Assembly (NCBI GenBank): GCA_964408285.1
Contig: CAYOYV010000005.1
Span: 49,235-113,234 of the forward strand
DNA from: an uncultured Nitrososphaerota archaeon
Lineage (GTDB): Archaea > Thermoproteota > EX4484-205 > JAAOZO01
DNA: 64,000 nucleotides
Direction of reading: 5' to 3'
This document shows positions 1 to 10,204 of this stretch, piece by piece. Under the pieces are notes generated by a model. It was not told the origin of the DNA, did not search any database, and worked only from the letters and a program-made list of their open reading frames with translations. Position numbers and translations under genes: made by a program. The first letter of the stretch is position 1. The number at the start of each line of letters is the position of its first letter.

Positions 1-860
1 TTCTCCTCCTCAGCAACCTGTATAGCGAGGTCCTTGAATGCTTGATTCGGTATCATTGTTGCCTCATATGTCTGTATTGAAGGGCCCTTACCCATCTTCG
101 TTGGCGCCTCCCTTGGCTTGATTCCGGGTACATCCCCGGCTATGTCCACTTCGAGCACTATGGCAGCATCTGGATCCACGACATGAGAGGAGGTGCTCGC
201 TCCCCTCAATCCGACTTCTTCCATTACCGTTGCCGCGCCGTATAGCGTATTCGGATGCTCTGATCCCGACTCTGCGAAGCTCCTGATAGTTTCCATCGCA
301 ATCACGGCACCAAGCCTGTCATCGAATGCCTTTCCAATCGCAACCTTTCCGTCATTTACTAGGACAAAGGGAGAGAATGGAACGACTGGGTCTCCTATCC
401 TGATGCCCATTCGATGGACATCTTCTTCACCCATTGCCCCCACATCTATGAACATGTTGTCCTTCTTCACGACCTGGTTCTGTTCGTCGGGAGTCAACAA
501 ATGAGGAGGCTTCGAGGCGATGACTCCCGTGTAGTCGCCTTTATTTGACCTCACGATCACCCTCTGTGCGAGAAGTACTTGATCGAACCAGCCCCCCAAA
601 GTGGCAAAGCCAAGATATGCAGTCTCTTTCTCTATGCTTGTGACTATGAAGCCGACTTCGTCTACGTGTCCGGCCAGCATTACCTTCGGCCTGTCAGATT
701 TTCCTCTTTTGGCGAATATTACGCTGCCCAGCTTATCGGTAGTGACCTGGTCCGAAAAGCGAGATACATGCTCCTTTATCTTCCGTGAGACCTCCCTTTC
801 GAATCCGGCGGGACCAAACGACTCTGAAAGCTCTTTAAGCAATTCGACCTCTGGGTTCAT
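1..860 (-). CDS. M42 family (TET-like) aminopeptidase, 3' end outside the window
   Basis: Manual translation from ATG 860: MNPEVELLKELSESFGPAGFERE...MLAGHVDEVG...GKAFDDRLG...TVMEEVGLRGA...EVDIAGD, the M42 metal-binding motifs. Absent from the ORF track because it runs off the edge. Confidence 0.9.
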   Translation of the reverse strand, partial: MNPEVELLKELSESFGPAGFEREVSRKIKEHVSRFSDQVTTDKLGSVIFAKRGKSDRPKVMLAGHVDEVGFIVTSIEKETAYLGFATLGGWFDQVLLAQRVIVRSNKGDYTGVIASKPPHLLTPDEQNQVVKKDNMFIDVGAMGEEDVHRMGIRIGDPVVPFSPFVLVNDGKVAIGKAFDDRLGAVIAMETIRSFAESGSEHPNTLYGAATVMEEVGLRGASTSSHVVDPDAAIVLEVDIAGDVPGIKPREAPTKMGKGPSIQTYEATMIPNQAFKDLAIQVAEEE

Positions 861-953
861 GAGACGAGTGAAGGTCTGGTAGTCAGTTATAACTTTTTTG
901 TGTGATAGTGCTCAGACTTAATTACCGAACTCAATCTTCATCCAATTGAGAGC

Positions 954-1340
954 ATGAGCGGAAAAAGGAATCCGGTCTACGTGGTGCAGAAACACGAGGC
1001 GTCTCATCTTCATTATGATCTGCGACTCGAAATGGAGGGGGTACTCAGGAGCTGGGCCGTACCGAAAGAACCCAGCAACGAACCCAATGTAAGGAGGCTA
1101 GCCATACAGGTAGAGGATCATCCTCTCGACTACGCCAAGTTCGAAGGAGTCATTCCTGAGGGGGAATATGGGGCCGGGAGAGTTCAGATCTGGGATTCTG
1201 GCAACTATGAGATCATCGAACGAACTGGATCGCGCTTAAGCGTTGAAATCCACGGCAAGAAGTTGGAGGGAAAGTTCGCCTTAGTGAAATTTGGCAAGGC
1301 AGGGGAGAATAGCTGGCTTTTCTTCAAGCGAAAGGAATGA
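954..1340 (+). CDS. Stand-alone LigD 3'-phosphoesterase domain protein
   Basis: YVVQKHEASHLHYDLRLE, SWAVPK, RLAIQVEDHPLDYAKFEG, YGAGRVQIWDSG are LigD PE signatures. Confidence 0.92.
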   Translation: MSGKRNPVYVVQKHEASHLHYDLRLEMEGVLRSWAVPKEPSNEPNVRRLAIQVEDHPLDYAKFEGVIPEGEYGAGRVQIWDSGNYEIIERTGSRLSVEIHGKKLEGKFALVKFGKAGENSWLFFKRKE

Positions 1341-1398
1341 TGTCCACGATTCATCGTCATGCGATCAGTCCAAGGCCGGTTCATGTAGATATATTTCC

Positions 1399-2568
1399 TC
1401 AAAAAAGCTTCTTGGGTTTGGGAAACCTGGAGGGTGTCAATTTCGCCTCAGGAGCTGGAGGCTGAATTTCAGTAATCTCGTATTTCATTTTTCCCAATCC
1501 GTATTTCTCGCAGAACATAGGCAACAGATATGGATCCTTGTAGGGACCATGGACTTCCTGGAAGGGATGGAGGCGGCCATCACGTACTATCTCCAAGCTT
1601 TGTGGAACATTCTCTTGGATGAGAGGCTTGTCGGCTAGAAGATCGAGAGTTGCCTTGTCAATGGCCACAATATCCCTAGAACCAAGAACGCCAAGATCAG
1701 GTAGTATGTTCCCGGTCGTTATGCCCCAACAATCGCACACGACTGTTATGTTGATCCCGACGTTTATGTAAAATCGTTCCTTTTCATCGAAGAATGACAG
1801 CGTCTCCTTGGTGCTCAATGCGTTGGCCTCAGGGAATGAGGCGAAATTGACCTGATTCACCTGAAGACAGCCCTCTTGCTTCGTGGCCTCGACGCATCTC
1901 ATGCATTGGTTGCACATGTCAAAGTCTATGGAAAGGCACATCTTCTTCTCATTGTATTTGAGCGCTCCAAACGGACAAAGCTTGGTATGCGACCTTGGAT
2001 TTTCGCACTTCTCGGAGAACCAGTATCTGTCGAATTGCATGACATCATGCATCTTCGATCTGGATTCACTAACAAGCATCCCGATTGCAAGATTTTTTAT
2101 CGCCGCGCCGAAGCCCTCTGTGTTATGTCCCTTTACATGAGATAGATCGACTAACACGTCAGCATCCTGCAGAGTCCCGCCCAACTTTATCTCACTGATG
2201 CTCTTGTAGTTGATCTCTCGAGTCAGAAAGTAGTTCTCTCTCGGCCCAGCAACGGGGAATATCGGGCAACCGATGACCTCAGGCGTGTATCCTCTCGCAG
2301 TCGCGGCATAGAATCCTTCAATAGTATCAACTGCGAAGGGTCTTCCTCCGGCCTTCTTTATCAATCTGGCGAGTTCTCCCACGAGGAAAGGATGGACAGT
2401 AGTGAATCCCAGATGAGAGCCCAGATGCAATTTGATCATGACATTCTTGTCCTTGACAGATTCTGGGATACCCAGCTTCTGTATTGTCTCCCTGTACTTC
2501 CCGACAAAGGAGTGGTCCGGGTTTAGGGAACGGGACCTCATTGATGCAAAAAGCACTTCTGTCGTCAT
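1399..2568 (-). CDS. DUF362 family Fe-S protein
   Basis: IKLHLG, SHVKGH, GAAIKNLAIG, CxxCxxC ferredoxin-like segment, CDC motif, D.VAIDKA. Confidence 0.8.
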   Translation of the reverse strand: MTTEVLFASMRSRSLNPDHSFVGKYRETIQKLGIPESVKDKNVMIKLHLGSHLGFTTVHPFLVGELARLIKKAGGRPFAVDTIEGFYAATARGYTPEVIGCPIFPVAGPRENYFLTREINYKSISEIKLGGTLQDADVLVDLSHVKGHNTEGFGAAIKNLAIGMLVSESRSKMHDVMQFDRYWFSEKCENPRSHTKLCPFGALKYNEKKMCLSIDFDMCNQCMRCVEATKQEGCLQVNQVNFASFPEANALSTKETLSFFDEKERFYINVGINITVVCDCWGITTGNILPDLGVLGSRDIVAIDKATLDLLADKPLIQENVPQSLEIVRDGRLHPFQEVHGPYKDPYLLPMFCEKYGLGKMKYEITEIQPPAPEAKLTPSRFPKPKKLF

Positions 2569-2703
2569 GTGTAGAAGGGAATGTCGGCAAATAATAATAG
2601 TTTCCGCGGAAGGAATCCCACCATAGATCTGCCGTCCCGCCTTGGGCGCGAATCATGGATCGCCAAGAGGTGTGCTCAAGCCTGCAGACAGAATGTGAGG
2701 CGA

Positions 2704-3978
2704 TCAGCGTCCATTCCACTTATTTCTCCAGATCCTCGGTTCCTGAACGCTCGAAAGTAACATAGCGCCAATGGCACTGGCAATGCAAGACAACATGAAG
2801 ACGGGGGGATATCCCATGGCATCCGCTATGATTCCTCCTAGTACTGGGCCCAAAGCTGCGAAGGGAGCCCTGATCATGCCGGTCACACCATAGTACGTGG
2901 GCCTGCGCTCACTCGGAGCGAAATCCATCAGTATCGAAAAAGCTGAGACCATATATGCACTTGACGACGCTCCTGCCAAGAGAAACACGATCAGAAATCC
3001 GGCGACGTCAACGCTGAATATACAAACTAGACTCGCGAGGAGTGAAAGCAGCCCACTCAAAAGCAAGACTGCTTTATGGCCCTTTAGATCCCCCAGATAC
3101 GCCCACAGGAGATTGCTCAGGATCTGCGCAGCAGCGAAAGCTGCGGTGAACAAACCTATTGCCTGCTCTCTCAAGCTTAATACATTAATCGCATGGACCA
3201 TGAAGAATGATGACGCCATACCGCCTATTCCGCTGACAAGAGTAGCCACCAAGAATCTCCGGAAATTCGCATCTTCTCTCACTATTTGCAGCGATAGCAA
3301 TCCCTCAGTTTGCAGATCAGCCCTATTCTTTTTCCCTAGGGAGCCAATCTCTTCCACCTTGCTAAAGACATAGTAGCCCGCCATCATAATCACAAATGCG
3401 GAGAGAAAGCATGCTCCGTAGCCCAAGGGAAAGGCAATATTTTGGATTAGAAGACCAGCTGCAATTCCTCCCATAACGCTTAGGGCTGATGAGGCAAAAT
3501 TCGAGATTCCAAAGAAGGCGCCTCGCCTCGTCTCCGGTATAGCCTCTGCAACGATCTCGAGCCAAGCCGGAGCACCCAAACCCCCTGAGATGCTAATCAC
3601 AGCATAGAGTATAAAGAAGGATGATAGTAGTAGAGGCTCCATGCTGCTAGCCTGAGCAAAGGACAAGATAGCCAGCAGAAGCCAAGGGATTCTCTCTCCC
3701 AGCGTAATCTTCATCAGATATGGCTTCTTCTTGGGAAAGGCCTCCACTTTCCTCGAGACGAATATCTGAGGGAGGTTGAATCCGAGGATCATGATTGATG
3801 AGATCATACCCACGGCCACGCTGCTCGTCGTGAGACTTGAAACGAAGACTGGCAGGATGGTGACCATAGAAACGAAACTCATGCCGAAGCCGAAAAGCGC
3901 GAAATCACAGACCAAGAGAAGGAAATTCCTCCTGTAGTTCTGAAGCAACTTGCCATCGCCAGTCAAGCTGTCGAGCAT
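2704..3978 (-). CDS. MFS transporter
   Basis: About 12 hydrophobic segments, LGDLKGHK loop motif, 424 aa. Confidence 0.85.
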   Translation of the reverse strand: MLDSLTGDGKLLQNYRRNFLLLVCDFALFGFGMSFVSMVTILPVFVSSLTTSSVAVGMISSIMILGFNLPQIFVSRKVEAFPKKKPYLMKITLGERIPWLLLAILSFAQASSMEPLLLSSFFILYAVISISGGLGAPAWLEIVAEAIPETRRGAFFGISNFASSALSVMGGIAAGLLIQNIAFPLGYGACFLSAFVIMMAGYYVFSKVEEIGSLGKKNRADLQTEGLLSLQIVREDANFRRFLVATLVSGIGGMASSFFMVHAINVLSLREQAIGLFTAAFAAAQILSNLLWAYLGDLKGHKAVLLLSGLLSLLASLVCIFSVDVAGFLIVFLLAGASSSAYMVSAFSILMDFAPSERRPTYYGVTGMIRAPFAALGPVLGGIIADAMGYPPVFMLSCIASAIGAMLLSSVQEPRIWRNKWNGR

Positions 3979-4332
3979 TGTTCGATCCTTCCGATGCGGC
4001 TAGCCATTCATTCTCTTAGATAAGGATTTGGAAAGCTCACACCGATTTGCTGGGCCATCAAGAGCATTTCCGGTACTCGCACCCACATTCTGGGGCACCA
4101 AAGGCCCACTGGGATTGCGCTCAGACAACGCGGAGAGTCTATTGACTATATGACTGAAGTCTAGAATCAATCGCTTCGTCTATCAGATCCTCGCGCGCGT
4201 TGGCCTTCTCGCTGGCCCAGTTCTGGCGATTCGATGCAAGGTCTCCGGCGACCGGCCTAAAACGGATACGAGTCTCAGTTCCGGAACAGAATTGTTTTAA
4301 AGCACCCGGGATACTGGCCTTCCAATCAGAAC

Positions 4333-5079
4333 TTGAAGCACGCAGAGGCTAGTATTGTCATCAGCAGTCTGACCAAGGATTTCGGCAAACTCAGAGCCGT
4401 AGACGGACTGAGCTTCGAGGTCAACCCCGGTGAGGTCATCGGCCTGTTGGGCCCAAACGGGGCAGGGAAGACCACAACGATTAGAATCCTGAGCACGATA
4501 CTGCAACCTACCGGAGGCGAAGCATTCGTCATGGGCCATAACGTTGTCTCGGAGCCTGAAAAAGTGAGAGCATCTCTTGGAATTATCTTCGAGAACACTA
4601 GCCTATACGATAGATTGACAGCAATCGAGAACCTAGAGTATTTTGCTCGCCTCTACGGAATGGGTGGTGACATGCTACGTTCCAGAATAGAAGAGCTGAT
4701 CAGGGTCGTTGGACTGGCAGATAGGGCAAATGATAGGGTACACCAATTCTCAAGGGGGATGAAGCAGAGACTTGCTATAGCGAGATGCCTAGTTCACGAA
4801 GCTCCTGTCCTGATAATGGACGAACCAACCGCTGCACTGGATGTTCCGACTGCGAGAGCAATAAGGGATCTCATCAAGACGACGACTAGTGCAGAGAAAA
4901 AGGCAACAATCATCTGCACGCACAACATGCTCGAAGCCCAATATCTCTCAAGCCGAGTGGTAATCATGAATAAGGGACGAAAAGTCGCGGAAGGAACCCC
5001 AGAGGAGTTGGAGAGGATCTCGAATACACACGGGCTTGAAGACGTCTTCCTCCAACTGATAAGGAGCGAGACCCCCTGA
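4333..5079 (+). CDS. ABC-2 type exporter ATP-binding subunit (NatA-like)
   Basis: GPNGAGKTT, FSRGMKQR, LIMDEPT. Confidence 0.9.
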   Translation: MKHAEASIVISSLTKDFGKLRAVDGLSFEVNPGEVIGLLGPNGAGKTTTIRILSTILQPTGGEAFVMGHNVVSEPEKVRASLGIIFENTSLYDRLTAIENLEYFARLYGMGGDMLRSRIEELIRVVGLADRANDRVHQFSRGMKQRLAIARCLVHEAPVLIMDEPTAALDVPTARAIRDLIKTTTSAEKKATIICTHNMLEAQYLSSRVVIMNKGRKVAEGTPEELERISNTHGLEDVFLQLIRSETP

Positions 5080-6281
5080 TGAACCTGAGCCGGATATCTT
5101 GGATTGCATTGAAGGAATTAGTCGAAACCCTCAGGGATAGACGCGCAATGCTCAGCATGCTCATATTTCCTCTGGTCTTTGTCCCAATCGTGGGGCAGAT
5201 CTCTTTGATTGGAATGTCTCCCTCCATAGCGAAATATGCCGTAGCCGTTGTGAATCTCGATGGTGGACCACTAAGCAATCAGATCGGGGAACTGCTCAAG
5301 ATGACAAACGGAACCCAAACCACGTTCTTTGCATCCGTTCCTGCTGACCTCGAACAAGCATTGAAGAGCTCCAAATTCGATGTTGCACTGATTATGCCAC
5401 AAGGCTTTTCGTCAAACATAACTCAAGGTTTGCAGTCCCAGATCACAATCGTGACGTATCCTGGCAGCACAAGATCGCTCATGGCCATGTCCATTTTCAC
5501 TCAAGTGATTGATTCATTTGAGCAAGTACTCATTGCCCAAAGGCTTACTTCGCTAGGACTAAGCCCTGACATCGTGAACCCGATAGGCTTGAATGTGACA
5601 TCCTTCGCAAAAGAAGGAGAGCAGCAGTTCAGTCCGCTTGGTTTCATGCAACCTTTCTTCATAGTCATCACAGCATTCACATCTATGCTGGGCATTGGCC
5701 TCGAAAAAAGCGTAGGAGAGAAGGATAAGGGAACCCTAGAGGCCTTGCTTTCTTCGCCTGCCTCGAGGATCGAGATTCTCATGGGCAAGCTGACCTCCAT
5801 GCTGCCTTTTGGGCTGCTTTCTATACTTGCAACGATAGGTGGACTTGTCATCGGAGGAGTAATAGGATCCTCACTGGTTGGAGAAATCGGAGGTGGTGTG
5901 AGACTGTTGAGCTTTGACCCAATCTATCTGCCAATAATAGTCGTATCTATACCGATTTTCTTGGTCCAAGGAGGGGGCTTGATTCTCCTCATAGGTTTCT
6001 TCGCGAAGACCCTAAAGGAGGCGCAGACATATGCCTCAGCACCTACCCTTTTCCTCTCGGTCGGCACAATTGTCGCGTTCTTCCTTCCCTCCTACATGGG
6101 AAGGATATTATCCCTGGTACCTCTAATGGGCATAGCCATCCTGCAGAATCTGTACATTTCAGAAGGATTCTCCTACTTTGTAATGTCCGTGTTGTCGATT
6201 CAGATCGCATATGCCGCCTTGTTCACGACCTTGGCTGCAAGAATCGTAAACGCAGAGAGACTCCTGGCCTCCTCTTCCTAG
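5079..6281 (+). CDS. ABC-2 type exporter permease (NatB-like)
   Basis: KELVETLRDRR, GEKDKGTLEALLSSP, multiple TM segments, 1-nt overlap with the ATPase gene. Confidence 0.88.
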   Translation: MNLSRISWIALKELVETLRDRRAMLSMLIFPLVFVPIVGQISLIGMSPSIAKYAVAVVNLDGGPLSNQIGELLKMTNGTQTTFFASVPADLEQALKSSKFDVALIMPQGFSSNITQGLQSQITIVTYPGSTRSLMAMSIFTQVIDSFEQVLIAQRLTSLGLSPDIVNPIGLNVTSFAKEGEQQFSPLGFMQPFFIVITAFTSMLGIGLEKSVGEKDKGTLEALLSSPASRIEILMGKLTSMLPFGLLSILATIGGLVIGGVIGSSLVGEIGGGVRLLSFDPIYLPIIVVSIPIFLVQGGGLILLIGFFAKTLKEAQTYASAPTLFLSVGTIVAFFLPSYMGRILSLVPLMGIAILQNLYISEGFSYFVMSVLSIQIAYAALFTTLAARIVNAERLLASSS

Positions 6282-6440
6282 AATACGCTGAGGAATGCGT
6301 ACTTGGCAGATCGAATCATTTCAGGTCCGCGGCTGGAGCATTTGGCCGATGTGTCGCTATTGGGTAGCTAGTTAGTGGCGCGATCAAGATTCCTGTCCTG
6401 CCAACGCTTATTAACTTGGCAACAAATCATCGATTTGCAG

Positions 6441-6824
6441 ATGTCGGTAACGAATCTTGGTCGTTTGATATACACGCCCGATTCCGCAAAAGGCGAGGCG
6501 ATAAGCAAGGTAGAGTCTCATACCCCAAAGATAGATGCGCCAGATGCCGTGAAGGCAGATCAACCCTTTGAGATCAAGGCGACCGTGGGACCCCATCCCA
6601 ATACCGTCGAACACTCTATAAGGAGGATCGAGATATATTTCTACGAGGAAGGCAGGCCATTCAATCCAGTGTTGTTGTTCTCCTCGAACTTGACTCCCGT
6701 CGTTTCCGAGCCAAATGTGAGCTTCAAAGCAAAGTTGAGCAAGAGCGGAACGATTTACGCCTTGGAATACTGCAACCTCCATGGGCTTTGGGAAGGGCGC
6801 AGAGAAATCAAGGTTACAGAGTGA
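6441..6824 (+). CDS. Superoxide reductase-like protein (class II SORL/neelaredoxin-type)
   Basis: ESHTP, HPNTVEH and CNLHGLW Fe-ligand motifs; ATG at 6441 preferred over the ORF-track start. Confidence 0.85.
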   Translation: MSVTNLGRLIYTPDSAKGEAISKVESHTPKIDAPDAVKADQPFEIKATVGPHPNTVEHSIRRIEIYFYEEGRPFNPVLLFSSNLTPVVSEPNVSFKAKLSKSGTIYALEYCNLHGLWEGRREIKVTE

Positions 6825-6870
6825 GAATCTCCTCCAATCCGCGGCAGCTGGGGTCATTGGGTCACGAATT

Positions 6871-7050
6871 CTATTCTTCTATGGGTTCGAAGAAGTCCTT
6901 TGTTACTCCGCACACTGGGCACACCCAGGATTCTGGCAGTTCCTCGAAGGAAGTGCCAGCTTGGATGCCTCCCTCAGGATCGCCAATGGCTGGATCATAG
7001 ATATATCCGCATGCAGTGCACCTGTATTTTGTTCTCGACTTTCCTGACAC
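6871..7050 (-). CDS. Rubredoxin
   Basis: Manual translation from GTG 7050: [59 protein letters not shown]; two CxxCG motifs; 59 aa, below the ORF-track cutoff. Confidence 0.95.
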   Translation of the reverse strand: MSGKSRTKYRCTACGYIYDPAIGDPEGGIQAGTSFEELPESWVCPVCGVTKDFFEPIEE

Positions 7051-7357
7051 ATTCGATCAGCCTGCGATTGACCTCCTCGAGCGTATTTTAAAATTTGCCA
7101 GTACAATCCATCATCACCGCAGATCAGCGGCCGTTCTGTTTGGGGCAAACGATCAGCAGAGTGCATAATCCATGTTGTGAAATCCATCGCAGCGGTCCCA
7201 AGTACCTCGGACCATTGGTCACTGATGTACGAAGGCTAATAGTCTCTTACAGAAGCAAGTTACACCTTCTCTACTATCGGCGCGTGCCATACATCCGGAA
7301 TGAAAAAAGGATTTAACTGTCAATGGGATACTCACTTCGAAATCAGTAAACGGGAAG

Positions 7358-9040
7358 GTGAGATTGAGTAATATGAAAGTAGCTTTGGCTCAGATCAACA
7401 CAACGGTTGGGGATCTGGAGGGCAACGTTCAAAGAATAGAGCAGAGTATGGATCGAGCCACAAGCCGCGGGGCTCATGTTGTTGTCTTTCCTGAGCTAGC
7501 TGTAACCGGATATCCTCCTCAGGATCTTCTTTTCGAGAAGGAATTCATCAGAATGAACATTCAGTCATTGAAAGTGATGACTAGGAGGCGTAGGAAGACG
7601 GTGGCAGTAATTGGTTTTGTCGATCTGGAGTCCAATCGTTTATTCAATTCTGCGGCTGTCATTGCGTATGGAAGGAATCTTGGCGTAGTACACAAGACGC
7701 TGCTGCCAACGTATGACATATTTGACGAAGCTAGGTACTTCAGTCCAGGGACAAAGCGAGAGATCAGGCCGATATCTATCCAAGCGGAGGGGAAGGAGAT
7801 CAATCTGGGCGTTGAGATCTGTGAGGACCTATGGGACAAGGCCTATGACGTGAAAGTCACCGACGTGTTGGCAGCAAGGGGAGCGGACATGATAGTGAAT
7901 CTCTCTGCCTCACCCTTCTACGCCGGCAAATGGAGCGAGCGCCTGAGAATCCTCAAGCGAAAAGCAATCAGGAACGGAGTACCGATGTTCTATGCCAACC
8001 TTGTGGGCGGACAAGACGAACTCGTCTTCGATGGAGGAAGTTTGGCAGTAGATTGCCGCGGGAACCTAATTGGCGCTTCCAAACGCTTCGAGGAGGACCT
8101 GACCATAGTCGAAATCGACCCAGCAAAGGGCAGGGGAACCAGAGTCAGTCCTCCTATCCAGAGTCAGGATCAGGAGATGTTCGATGCTCTGGTACTCGGG
8201 GTGCGTGACTATTTCAGGAAGACAGGTTTCCAGAGGGCTGTCGTGGCCATGAGTGGCGGGATAGATTCCTCGGTCAGCGCGTGCATAGCAGTGGAGGCTC
8301 TTGGAAATGCGAATGTCATAGGGGTGTGGATGCCGTCCAGATTCTCCAGTCAACAGGGTCGAATAGACGTGCAGACGCTGGCACATAACCTGGGAATCTT
8401 CCTCATCGAATTCTCAATCGAGGGAATCGTGGACGCCTATCACAGATCGCTAGAAGAACCGTTGGAACAGATAAGATCTCACTATGGAGTAGGCAAAGAG
8501 AACGATGATCCTGTTGCCGATGAGAATATCCAACCGAGGGTGAGGGGAAATTGCCTCATGGACATCTCAAACAGACTCAAGCAGCTCGGAATCTTGATGC
8601 TTAATACCGGCAACAAGACTGAACTTGGATTGGGCTACTGCACCCTCTATGGTGACATGGCCGGTGGTATCGGGGCATTGGGGGATGTCAGCAAATTGGA
8701 GGTCTATAGGCTCGCACATTATGTAAACTGCAAATCTGGAAAGGATTTGATACCGAGAAATGTTATGATGAAAAGGCCATCCCCTGAGCTCAGAGAGAAC
8801 CACTACGATCCTTTTGACTTCAGCATCATTAGCCCCCTCGTCGATGACATAATCGAGAAAAGGATGGGTAAGGGTGCATTGATACGGAAAGGCTACCGCA
8901 AAGAGACGGTTGACGATACATACGATAGAATAAGGAGGGCTGAATACAAGAGGAGGCAGTCAGTTCCTTCCATAAAAGTGACTCGGACTGCATTTGGGAT
9001 AGGATGGAGGATGCCGATAGTGAATAAATTCAAAGTCTAG
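7358..9040 (+). CDS. nadE: Glutamine-dependent NAD+ synthetase
   Basis: Nitrilase-type domain (FPEL, HKTLLP, EICEDLW) fused to synthetase domain (SGGIDS, ENIQPRVRG, TGNKTE, GYCTLYGD); start may be ATG 7373. Confidence 0.93.
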   Translation: MRLSNMKVALAQINTTVGDLEGNVQRIEQSMDRATSRGAHVVVFPELAVTGYPPQDLLFEKEFIRMNIQSLKVMTRRRRKTVAVIGFVDLESNRLFNSAAVIAYGRNLGVVHKTLLPTYDIFDEARYFSPGTKREIRPISIQAEGKEINLGVEICEDLWDKAYDVKVTDVLAARGADMIVNLSASPFYAGKWSERLRILKRKAIRNGVPMFYANLVGGQDELVFDGGSLAVDCRGNLIGASKRFEEDLTIVEIDPAKGRGTRVSPPIQSQDQEMFDALVLGVRDYFRKTGFQRAVVAMSGGIDSSVSACIAVEALGNANVIGVWMPSRFSSQQGRIDVQTLAHNLGIFLIEFSIEGIVDAYHRSLEEPLEQIRSHYGVGKENDDPVADENIQPRVRGNCLMDISNRLKQLGILMLNTGNKTELGLGYCTLYGDMAGGIGALGDVSKLEVYRLAHYVNCKSGKDLIPRNVMMKRPSPELRENHYDPFDFSIISPLVDDIIEKRMGKGALIRKGYRKETVDDTYDRIRRAEYKRRQSVPSIKVTRTAFGIGWRMPIVNKFKV

Positions 9041-9119
9041 GCTCATTCATCTTTGTCGTGTATGCTTGGCTGGAAGTGCTAGGCATTGCACTGGGATTGG
9101 TCAAGGCTAGAGATCTATT

Positions 9120-10118
9120 CTATGGGGGATAGCCCAGTGTGTAAATGTGCCTTCCTCCCTCGGCCAGCGGGCCCTTAACGACTGAATCGATCTCCTCATG
9201 TGGCCTCTGAGTTAGCTCATCGGCAGGCGGCAGCTTCCCTGGTGGGAATTTCGTCATGATCTCGTTATGGAGCTCAACGACGTAGTCGAGCAGCGCTTCA
9301 AGACCGAATTGTGCTTTCTCAGCCTTCGCCAAGGTTGCCTTGCCTATGCAGCCTTGGGGGTATGCAACGACTTCGATTGGCCCGCATCCGACCTGCCCAT
9401 ACCAACTTATGGGTCTCTGGTACACATTCCCTGCCTTGTCTATGTGCTTCGCGGCGATGTACGCGATTGGCTTCGTGTCGACTGCTTTTCTCATATCAAT
9501 GAATTCTGGGAAAAGAGCCAGAGAGAATGATGTCTCCACTTCGTCTGCATGGACGAACTGGGTTTCGAACGGCCCCCCATGCTCACGATCCTTGACGAAC
9601 CCGGGGATTGCATGATACCAATTCAGATTCACGAAAACCCCAGGCACCTGGTATCTCTTGGCGAACTGGTGCATTGCTGATGGAATCACGTATTCTTGGC
9701 CATGGCCGTTTAAGAGCACCTGCTTCCTGAATCCAGCATTCCAGAATCCTGCCATGATGCCTCTTATAGATGCCTTGAAGATATCATCGTCAACGAAGAC
9801 CGTTCCCGGCATCCCCATATGGTGAAAAGGATGAGACCCATACCAGACTGGCATCGCAACTGTGCATCCGGTCTTTTCAGCTACAAGTTCAGCCATCCTT
9901 GTTACGAGGTATGTATCCTCACCCGTGCACGCGTGGGGTCCATGAGCTTCAGTGCTTCCGAGAGGTATGATTATGAGGTCATTTCTCTTAAGCCTCTCCT
10001 GTATCTGAGCGCCGGTCATGTTCTGAAAGTATATTCCGGAGGGAGACTCCATCTGACCACTCTTGGGAAACTTCCATTCCATGTTTCCTTGAGATAGATC
10101 GAACGATGATTTAAGCAT
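9120..10118 (-). CDS. iolN: 3-dehydro-scyllo-inosose hydrolase (creatininase family)
   Basis: GIYFQNMT, PLGSTEAHGP, GEDTYLVTRMAE, LLNGHGQE, HADEVETS, HIDKAGN and GPIEVVAYP closely match Thermotoga IolN as recalled; start may be ATG 10082. Confidence 0.88.
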   Translation of the reverse strand: MLKSSFDLSQGNMEWKFPKSGQMESPSGIYFQNMTGAQIQERLKRNDLIIIPLGSTEAHGPHACTGEDTYLVTRMAELVAEKTGCTVAMPVWYGSHPFHHMGMPGTVFVDDDIFKASIRGIMAGFWNAGFRKQVLLNGHGQEYVIPSAMHQFAKRYQVPGVFVNLNWYHAIPGFVKDREHGGPFETQFVHADEVETSFSLALFPEFIDMRKAVDTKPIAYIAAKHIDKAGNVYQRPISWYGQVGCGPIEVVAYPQGCIGKATLAKAEKAQFGLEALLDYVVELHNEIMTKFPPGKLPPADELTQRPHEEIDSVVKGPLAEGGRHIYTLGYPP

Positions 10119-10204
10119 GACTTGGCTCTCTAGCTTGACTTATTCGTGAGATTCGATGCCATTTTCCCCGAAGCGATTCTGATTGGCAAGAGATGTTTTT
10201 GGGC

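Noticed and set aside
4141-4171. Imperfect palindrome ATTGA..GACTGAAGTC..TCAAT as an operator
   Set aside because: Single weak copy with no adjacent regulator.
7358-9040. Two-domain NadE as a novelty
   Set aside because: Less common in archaea, but a well-known form.
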